Of a DNA stretch of 64,000 nt, positions 56,501-64,000 are shown one piece after another. The notes beneath the pieces are model-generated. The model saw only the letters and a list, made by a program, of their open reading frames with translations, made no database searches and was not told the DNA's origin. The position numbers were made by a program, and so were the translations under genes. Numbering within the stretch: position 1 is the first letter of the stretch; every line of letters starts with the position of its first letter. The stretch is from a bacterium. Its GTDB lineage: Bacteria; Bacteroidota; Ignavibacteria; UBA10030. The stretch is taken from NCBI GenBank assembly GCA_043803945.1, contig JAZDJN010000087.1, positions 96,001 through 160,000 on the forward strand. Direction: 5' to 3'.

Positions 56501-58933
56501 ATGCCAAGAATAATGCTGCTTGTTTTTCTCCTTGCTGCGTCTACACTCCAGGCTCAGGTGGCGCTGGATACTCTTTCTTCGTTCCCTGTGGCACCCGGTG
56601 TAATCCATACCACCATCGTTGCCCCGTCTGTTCCATGGACAATCAACCTGCTCCAGATCGACCTTACCAATCCCCTCATTAGCGTCAAAACGGTCAAAGC
56701 GAACGACCGCATGGCGGGTCTGGAACGAACAAGCTCCATGGCGGCACGGAATAGCCGCGAAGGTCACCTGGTTGCAGCCGCAGTTAATGGAGATGCTTAT
56801 GCGGCCGGTGGTATTCCCACCAACATGCAACTGGTCGACGGTGAGCCTGTTCACAAAGAGGTCGACAACGTCTGTATCGGGCTCGACCTGACCAAGAAAC
56901 CGATGATGAAGATGGTGAATTTCGACGGCGAAGTCCGGACCGCAAAGGAGGTCTATCATTTTTCCAGCATCAATCAGGCACGAGGATCCGATCAGCTTGT
57001 GCTCTTCAACCGCTTCTACGGAAACTCAACAGGTACCGATGCCAACGGTGCAGAGGCGCTTTTGACGCCTCTGTCGGAATGGTATGCCAATGGCCTCGTG
57101 GCATGCCGGGTCGATACAATTGTCAACGGCGCAGGGAACACGTCATTTCCCTCTTCAAAAGTTATCCTTTCAGGTCATGGCGCCGCTCGAACATTTCTAA
57201 CATCACGAATACAACAAGGTGACACGCTCCATCTCTTTCTCGGCCTGTCGCCCTCTCTAAAAAAAATGAAACAGATGATTGGGGGATTTTCTATCCTCGT
57301 GTCCGAGGGAAAAGTTAATACTACGCGTATCACGGTCCGTGAGCCGCGCACCATTGCAGGTTTCTCTGCCGACAGCACAAAACTCTATCTTGCGACCATC
57401 GATGGACGGTCGGCATCGAGTCTCGGGATGACTTACTTTGAGCTTGCCGATTTTATGCTCCAGATGGGGATGGCTTTCGGCATTAACCTGGACGGCGGCG
57501 GATCGACCACAATGGTCGTCCGGGATCAAATAACCAACCGCCCGTCAGACGGCCAGGAGCGAATGGTAGGCAATTCCATCGTCGTCGTTTCCACCGCGCC
57601 GAAAGGTCAGTTGACAAAGATTCAGATACTGCCGAATCGGGCAAAAGTTTTTATCGGAGATACGTTTCAGTTCTCGGCGCAGGGTGTTGATGAATATTTT
57701 AATCCGTATCAGCTCGATCCTTCCCTAATCACTTTTTCCGTTCATCCCTCCCTGGGAACGATATCCCCGACGGGACTTTTCAAACCGAGCGGGTTAAAAG
57801 AAAGCGGATTTGTCTACATCTCTTATGGATCGCTTATCGATTCCGCAGCAGTGTTGCTCCGAACGATCCGGCGAATAGCGATAACACCGAAATTTGCTGT
57901 CACCGATCTTTCCCGCCCAATTCCTTTTTCGCTGAATGGATTTGACGAGGACGGTATGGCACATAAACCCGGCCTTTATCAAATTCAATGGAGGCTCACG
58001 AATCCTTCGCTTGGACAGATTTCGCCGGAAGGCGTTTTTACTCCACAGGCCAGGGGAATCTCGCTTCTTATTGCCTCCATGAACAATACGGCAGCAGACA
58101 CAGCGCTGATCCGGGTGGAGACAGGAAGCGGAACGCTCGTGATCGATTCATTGGAATCGAGAGGGAACTGGAAAATCTCTATGTTGAATATCGAACAGGC
58201 CGCCGTGAGTATTGCTCCAACTGTCAGTTCATTAGGCCGGTTTTCTCTGCAAATCGATTATTCATACCGGTATGATTCAAGCGTCCCCTCGTACATCTAC
58301 ATCGATTCTTTGTTTTCGTTATACGGTGTACCGGATTCACTCTCGGTTGACTGCCGCGCCGATAGTGCACGGTACCGTCTCTATTTCATTGTCGAGGATG
58401 ACAACAGGGAATTATTCCGTTTCTTCGGGCATACATTTGCTGATCAGCCAAACATCTTCAAACAGATTCGGGCATCGACTGCTACTCCTCAGATGGTTGG
58501 CACCTCGGGAGTTTTCAATTTTCCTATCACGCTGAAACGTATCGAAATACAGTTGATGGGAACGGGAAAATTTTCAGGGACTCATTACAATGGTACGTTG
58601 TATCTGGATAATCTCACCGTTCATTATCCGGGAATTCCCACCGTTGCAGAACGGGAGATCTCTCCTCCTCGAACTTTTTCTCTTCTGCAAAACTTCCCCA
58701 ATCCCTTCAATCCGACAACGACCATCCGGTTTACGGTTCCTCACAATGGCCTATACCGCTTGACCGTTCATAACCTGCTGGGTCAGGAAGTGATTATGGT
58801 ACTGCACAAGACTCTTTCAGCAGGGTATTATTCGGTACTGTTCGATGCAGAGCAGTTAAGCTCGGGTATGTACGTTTACAAGCTCGAAGGGGGTGCGTTA
58901 ACCCTTACGAAGAAAATGCTGATCGTGAAGTAA
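56501..58933 (+). CDS. Phosphodiester glycosidase (NAGPA-like) protein with Ig-like domains and T9SS C-terminal domain
   Basis: AAVNGD, EPRT..G, TIDGR, GMT..ELA, NLDGGGSTT and NRPSDG.ER motifs; LLQNFPNPFNP. Confidence 0.9.
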   Translation: MPRIMLLVFLLAASTLQAQVALDTLSSFPVAPGVIHTTIVAPSVPWTINLLQIDLTNPLISVKTVKANDRMAGLERTSSMAARNSREGHLVAAAVNGDAYAAGGIPTNMQLVDGEPVHKEVDNVCIGLDLTKKPMMKMVNFDGEVRTAKEVYHFSSINQARGSDQLVLFNRFYGNSTGTDANGAEALLTPLSEWYANGLVACRVDTIVNGAGNTSFPSSKVILSGHGAARTFLTSRIQQGDTLHLFLGLSPSLKKMKQMIGGFSILVSEGKVNTTRITVREPRTIAGFSADSTKLYLATIDGRSASSLGMTYFELADFMLQMGMAFGINLDGGGSTTMVVRDQITNRPSDGQERMVGNSIVVVSTAPKGQLTKIQILPNRAKVFIGDTFQFSAQGVDEYFNPYQLDPSLITFSVHPSLGTISPTGLFKPSGLKESGFVYISYGSLIDSAAVLLRTIRRIAITPKFAVTDLSRPIPFSLNGFDEDGMAHKPGLYQIQWRLTNPSLGQISPEGVFTPQARGISLLIASMNNTAADTALIRVETGSGTLVIDSLESRGNWKISMLNIEQAAVSIAPTVSSLGRFSLQIDYSYRYDSSVPSYIYIDSLFSLYGVPDSLSVDCRADSARYRLYFIVEDDNRELFRFFGHTFADQPNIFKQIRASTATPQMVGTSGVFNFPITLKRIEIQLMGTGKFSGTHYNGTLYLDNLTVHYPGIPTVAEREISPPRTFSLLQNFPNPFNPTTTIRFTVPHNGLYRLTVHNLLGQEVIMVLHKTLSAGYYSVLFDAEQLSSGMYVYKLEGGALTLTKKMLIVK

Positions 58934-59007
58934 CGGATGATTCTTTTAGAGAAATTGGTTATCATTAGACCAGAGCTTAAGAAAGCGATTGCCAGAAAGA
59001 ATCCAGC

Positions 59008-59514
59008 ATGGTCCGTCCAAATATCAGAACTCTAGCAACCCTGTTTATTCTTTTCGTTGTACCATCGTTGATCTCCCATGCACAGGAAGGCCTCAAAGCA
59101 GGAATGAAAGCACCAGACTTCGAGCTCTCCGACATTAACGGAAACAAGGTTTCTCTCTCTTCCTTCCTCAATAAAAACATCGTCGTCATTCACTTCTGGA
59201 AATCGAAGTGAAGAGAATGCCAGGCGGAGTTTCCGTCTCTCATCGATCTGCAGGAAGAAATTAAAGAAGTAAAAGTCCTCTCCATCAACACCATTGACAT
59301 GGCGAGAAGGGTACAGTCCGATGCCAGAGCTTTCGGCCTCCCCTTCGATGTCCTTGTCGGCAGGGATTCGAACATCCTTACCGTTTACAAAGTCACAAAA
59401 CTCCCCCGGGTGCTTATTGTCGGAAAGAAGGGGACTGTTGTCTTCACCGAAAAGTTTGCCTCCTATGAAAAGCTCAAAGAAGAAGTTGAAAAAGCATTGA
59501 AGAAGGGATTATAG
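59008..59514 (+). CDS. Exported TlpA-like thioredoxin-fold selenoprotein (UxxC, 168 aa)
   Basis: G.KAPDFEL.D.NG.KVSLS...VVIHFWKSK-TGA(59209-59211)-RECQAEFP; open frame to 59514 including LPRVLIVGKKG. Confidence 0.92.
59222..59238 (+). promoter_or_regulatory. SECIS-like hairpin
   Basis: AGGCGG-AGTTT-CCGTCT; shares CAGGCGGAGTT.CCGTCT with the 52508 hairpin. Confidence 0.7.
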
Positions 59515-59815
59515 CAATATCATACTCAGCCAATAAGTGCCACAAAGAAAAAAGAAAACTATAAAGAGTTCTTTCTTCGTGTAGCTTCGTGCCTCCTTCG
59601 TGCTCTTCGTGTAACGCTATTAAAAACTTTACACTAAGTGACACGAAGGAAAAGAGAAGACACAGAGGCGTAAAATAACGAGTGTTAATAATTGTCGTAA
59701 AGCAAGATAGAATAGAATCCATACATTAAGTCATCATAATCCTGTAAGTGTTTCACTTGGTGCCTTATAGACTTCGTGGCACATTTTTCGTCGAGAACTA
59801 AGTAAGGAGAATCAC

Positions 59816-61852
59816 ATGAATCTCATCACCAGAAGAATTTCAGGGTGCATCGTTTTGATGTTCCTGTTTTGCGGGCTCCTTTTCTGTCAGAAAGCTCAAT
59901 GGGAGTCTCTCGGTCCCGACGGCGGTATGATTCAAAGCCTCCTCAAAGATCCGGGTAATGGTAACATTCTTTACTGTGCCGCTCAGGGGAAACCATACCG
60001 CATCTTCCGCTCGACAGACGGAGGGAACCACTGGTCGCAGGTTTCGAAGATCGACGATCAAGTGCTCGCCTTTGGGAATCATCCCACAGTGAAATCGATG
60101 CTCTATGTGCTCGCCTACAAAGTGAGCACAGACAATACACGACCGACACGGGAGAACACACTCTACATCAGCACGGATGGCGGAACAAGCTGGCTGACTA
60201 AAGAGCTTCCGGAGCAGACATTTATTTCAAAGATTGCTCTTGATCCGGTAAGCCCGACAATTATCCACGCAATGGGATTGCTGCAGCCGGATTATAAGCG
60301 GGCATACTTTAAAAGCACGGATGAGGGAAAGAGCTGGACTCAAACCATCATTGCATCGGGGCGTGGTTCTGCAAGCGTCCTTGGAATCGATCCAAAGAAT
60401 CCCAACATCATCTATGTCGGCGGTTATACCCTGAATGATTCCAACAAACTCGTGCCCGCATTCTATAAGAGTGTCGATGGCGGAGCACATTTCGAGCAGA
60501 TGTCCCTGAAGATCACCACTCCCGCAGTTGCCATCATTTCAGATATTGCCATCGACCCCACGGCCTCCGGCAGGCTCTTCATTTCAATTTCCAATGCCGT
60601 CTATCGAAGCACCAACGGCGGCGAATCATGGGAAAAGAACAGCAGTACAATCCTCGCAGTGCAGCGGCTCTGGCTCGACCCGAATGATTCGAACCATCTC
60701 TTTGCCGCAACTTCTCCGGGGATTATCGAGAGCAAGGATGGCGGCGTAACGTGGAAATCGCTCACCGGCAAATATCCCGGCCGAACAACGAATGGTCTCA
60801 TGTTCAAGTCAAAGCCAATGCCCACGGTGCTTGTTACCAACTCCTCCGGTATCTGGCGAACGGTGGATGGAGGAAAAACATGGAAGTCAAGCCACAGTGG
60901 CATTCTCGGTACAACGGTCACGGCGTTAAGTATCGCCCCATCGTCACCGAACATTTTATATTCCGATGTAAAGTTCAATGCGCTCTATAAAACAACAGTC
61001 GCTGCAAAACCAACTGTTGTATGGAAACAGCTTCCGGTTTTCTATACGTGTACAGAGTTAAGCAGCCTGATGATCTCGGAGAAAGATCCCGATAAAATCA
61101 TCGCCCTCGAAGGCGGTGGCTGAGGAAACTCAGGGCTCTTTGTGAGCACAGACGGCGGCGCCGTTTGGAACGAACAGGATAAGACACTTGATGACGGATT
61201 TGCACTTGCATTGGGATCGGCCCTCTATCAGGCGGGCAGTTGGAAACCGGATCCGAAGAATACGCTGATTCGAATGGCGGTCTTTAAGAGTTCTGACAAG
61301 GGCGAAACCTGGCAGCATAAAACACTCAGCGACAGCGCAGGGGTGGTCAAGGCGCTGGTGGTTCACCCTACAAACAAGAACATTCTCTTTGCCGGCGGGA
61401 CAGTCTGGTGGAACCGGTTTATGAAAAACGCTGTCACTAAAAGCGTTCTCTACGCTACTCAGGACGCTGGAGAAACCTGGATAGAAATCGAAGGATTGAA
61501 CGGCAAGTCGGATTGTATTAACGGCCTTGTCTTTGAACCAGGCAATCCTAATCGACTGCTTGCTGCCATGAACAATGGTGTTGCCATCAGCGAAGATGGA
61601 GGAAAGATATGGAAGCTGCCATCGCAGCAGGTAGCGGCACTTTGTATTGTTGCCGACCAGCTTCAAAAAGGGCGCTTTTTCATTGGCGGCCCGAAGGGTG
61701 CCTGGAGGAGCGATGACGGCGGAATCACGTGGAAAGAACTCAATGAGGGCTTGACCATTCGCTCGATTCTCTGTCTGACATATGATTCGAAAAATTCGAT
61801 ACTGTATGCCGGCACTGAAAGCGGCGGCACAGTACGGTTGCACCTGAAATAA
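59816..61852 (+). CDS. BNR/VPS10-type beta-propeller selenoprotein, no T9SS domain (678 aa, Sec436)
   Basis: TAAGGAG SD; WESLGPDGG; S.DGG..W repeats; IALEGGG-TGA(61121-61123)-GNSGLFVSTDGG joins ORFs 59816 and 61142. Confidence 0.8.
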
Positions 61853-62134
61853 CCCGATATGGTCGGGAGCAGACTTGTCCCGACGTTTTTGTCGGGAGCT
61901 CCCTCCCAGATACCGAACCGTTCTCTCCTTCCGGTGTTCATAGAGAAGGGAACGGTTCGTTTCGTACTATCGCTTTACAGTAATCAAGAGACTTCGTACA
62001 TTGTACTTGCCTGCCGGGAGAATGTGGGGAAGGTTCGGGCTGCGCGATGTGTAACGCACATCGCGCGATCATCAACACGTTCAGGACATCGTTCTCACAT
62101 GTTTATTCCACACAGCACAATCAGAGAGGTACAA

Positions 62135-63769
62135 ATGAAACCGTTCATTGTTGCTCTTGCTCTTCTTTTTGCGTTCTCCCTCCGCGCACAGGAAACGATC
62201 ATCACCGGCACACTGCTTGGTTATGACGGCAAACCGATGCAGATGACAAACATTCATCTTCAAAAACCGGGACAAAAACCAAAAGAAACTGTCCGGGCAG
62301 AGAAGGATGGTTCGTTCAAACTGATCGTTAAGGATACCGGCATTGTTCTTATCAAGTTTGCCGGACTCTTTCATCTGTCGGAAGATATTCCCTTTCTCAT
62401 CAAGCAACCGTCTACCATCAAGCTTTCGCTTCAGTTAGGGACATACCATTGCAATAAAAAACCACTAGACCCAAAGATTCTTGGAAGTTTTAATAATTGG
62501 AACTTATCGAAGCCTTTCGACCTGAAAGAAGAAAAGGATGGGACATATTCCGCGGAATTTGAAACAGCAGAAAAGGAATTTTCCTATCAGGTTCAGGGTT
62601 TTGAATCAACCGGTCGAACCGTTAACGGTACGCTTTCCGAACGGTATGAATACGACGGCGACGGTGATTATCGATCGATTGTGACACCAAAGGATGGAAA
62701 GATAAAAATTGTTTTTGATCCCTCTAAGGTTCTTGTCTCTTCCGCCCTGCCAAAACTCCAATTCGACGATCCCGGAAGCCGTGCGGCTCGCTATAGCACT
62801 TACCGCTTCGATGTCCTACGGTTGATACGGGAACGCTCATGGGCTCTCCTCGACTTTATTAACTCCGGAGGTGAGTCTAAAGACTTCAAGTTCGACAAGG
62901 ATTATTCGTCTGAGATGACCGCCTGCGCACAAGAAATAAAGAAGGAGAGTGATCCGCTGCTTCGTGATTTACTCTTTTTAAAATATTTTTACTACCCGCC
63001 TGAGAAAGGAGATATTGAAATTGCCAGACTCTACTTGAAGGTACTTCCCGACTTAATGAAACATCAACCTAGCGCGGGTGAGATCTCAGTTTTCTCTTCA
63101 CTTCTCTCGATCGGTAAAATGATGCAGTATAACGATGAATACATGAGCTCCTTTTTCGAGATCATTGATAATTCCAAAAGTGCAATTCTAAATTACAATT
63201 TGATCAATAATGTAATGAGAAATTTGAAGACACAGAACGATGCTGCGGCAGTAAAAGCATTCTACACGAAAGCGTTGGAAAAACTGGAAGGCACATCGTG
63301 GCTAAGGTCTTTCAAACAGCAATATGCTCCGAAAGCAGTAATTGCCGCAGGCGAAGCGGTTCCCTCTTTCTTAGTCAAGTCGCTGGAAGACAATACAAAA
63401 ATCTACACCAATCAAACAATGAAAGGCAAAGTGTACCTGGTACACTTCTGGGCGTCATGGTCCGAACCATCGTTGAAAGAGATGGAGAATCTTCACAAAA
63501 CGTATGAACAGTACAAAACAAAGAACTTTGAAATTCTCAGTCTCTCAGTTGATGCTTCACCGGAAGAGGGAACAGCGTTTCGTAAAAAGAAATGGGCGAT
63601 GCCCTGGCTCCATGCCTTTGCATCGACGGAGAAGAATTTGTTGGCCGACTTTGGGGTGCTTGCACCGCCAAAATTGATACTGATCGATACAAAGGGGATT
63701 GTCGTCGCAATGGACGCAGAGCTTCAGGGTGCAGCGTTGGGACAAACGCTTGCTCGTATTCTAAAATGA
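62135..63769 (+). CDS. Exported multidomain protein with a C-terminal TlpA-like domain whose CxxC is replaced by SxxS
   Basis: ATG 62135 after GAGGT; carboxypeptidase-regulatory-like N-terminus; GKVYLVHFWASWSEPSLKEM; PP..ILID.KG.VV. Confidence 0.85.
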   Translation: MKPFIVALALLFAFSLRAQETIITGTLLGYDGKPMQMTNIHLQKPGQKPKETVRAEKDGSFKLIVKDTGIVLIKFAGLFHLSEDIPFLIKQPSTIKLSLQLGTYHCNKKPLDPKILGSFNNWNLSKPFDLKEEKDGTYSAEFETAEKEFSYQVQGFESTGRTVNGTLSERYEYDGDGDYRSIVTPKDGKIKIVFDPSKVLVSSALPKLQFDDPGSRAARYSTYRFDVLRLIRERSWALLDFINSGGESKDFKFDKDYSSEMTACAQEIKKESDPLLRDLLFLKYFYYPPEKGDIEIARLYLKVLPDLMKHQPSAGEISVFSSLLSIGKMMQYNDEYMSSFFEIIDNSKSAILNYNLINNVMRNLKTQNDAAAVKAFYTKALEKLEGTSWLRSFKQQYAPKAVIAAGEAVPSFLVKSLEDNTKIYTNQTMKGKVYLVHFWASWSEPSLKEMENLHKTYEQYKTKNFEILSLSVDASPEEGTAFRKKKWAMPWLHAFASTEKNLLADFGVLAPPKLILIDTKGIVVAMDAELQGAALGQTLARILK

Positions 63770-63840
63770 TTATTGATTAATGCTCTCTAGAGAATGATAT
63801 TGAACTTGTTATTCACTCACTACTATGTGGAGGTGACTCA

Positions 63841-64000
63841 ATGAACCTTAACTCACGTATGATCTTCCCGGCGATTGTGCTGCTTCTCCTTCTGCCGCTG
63901 CTGCTGGCCGGGCAAACCCGCCTGCCATTGAAGACCACTTCAAGCGGGCAGGGCGGAACGTGGGAGCCAATTGGACCTGAAGGAGGAAGTATGACTGCAC
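63841..64000 (+). CDS. N-terminus of a third BNR/VPS10 propeller paralog (3'-truncated by window edge)
   Basis: GGAGG SD; MNLNSRMIFPAIVLLLLLPLLLAGQ...TWEPIGPEGGSMTA matches WEAMGPEGG and WESLGPDGG of the two Sec propellers. Confidence 0.75.
   Translation, partial: MNLNSRMIFPAIVLLLLLPLLLAGQTRLPLKTTSSGQGGTWEPIGPEGGSMTA

Noticed and set aside
61859-62134. Long N-terminal extension of the 636-aa ORF (likewise 51935-52051 and 38633-38773)
   Set aside because: These extensions run through intergenic repeats; downstream ATGs are followed directly by signal peptides, and 62135 and 38774 also have SD motifs.
1-64000. Genome-wide UGA reassignment (Trp or Gly) as the explanation for in-frame TGAs
   Set aside because: TGA ends many full-length genes at their expected C-termini (radA, selA, 2567 ORF, methyltransferase), often overlapping the next ATG. 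Most internal TGAs align with Cys positions, and a tRNA-Sec with selA/selB/selD is present.
33650-64000. Integrative element or prophage inserted at selC
   Set aside because: No integrase, transposase, phage or conjugation genes in the window; only a local 14-bp duplication.

Overview
Bacterial chromosomal window, probably Ignavibacteria or a related Bacteroidota/Chlorobiota-type lineage (many 'L.QNYPNPFNP' T9SS C-terminal domains, S46 peptidases, DUF5687). The left ~19 kb is mostly housekeeping and peptidase genes: radA, a deaminase, rdgB, M14 and two S46 peptidases, and an ABC pair. The centre carries the complete selenocysteine machinery (selA, selB, a Sec-containing selD and tRNA-Sec). 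These genes are interleaved with a NapH-like 4Fe-4S membrane protein, a double-cubane-type reductase, a Cys-Cys-Cys methyltransferase and two more HgdB/FldB-like proteins. Reading in-frame TGA as Sec joins or extends ORFs that the track splits or misses, giving seven candidate selenoproteins (TGA at 19420, 25300, 50659, 52493, 54121, 59209 and 61121). Five are followed by clear SECIS-like hairpins with RGGT/AGTT-type loops. The most striking element is an extracytoplasmic selenoprotein cluster at 50.4-64 kb. It has a small lipoprotein ending CPT-U-G, a beta-barrel, and repeated [TlpA-like thioredoxin + BNR/VPS10 beta-propeller] modules. Two of the thioredoxins are UxxC and two propellers carry a conserved C-x23-U site (LEGGG-U-GNSG); one propeller has a T9SS sorting domain, so it is a candidate surface-secreted selenoprotein. 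Also notable are a secreted TPR protein with a PHF5A/Rds3-like six-CxxC zinc domain and a family of ~33-bp palindromic elements inserted into other repeats and apparently in-frame into a gene. All family assignments come from motif recognition by eye; no database searches were run.
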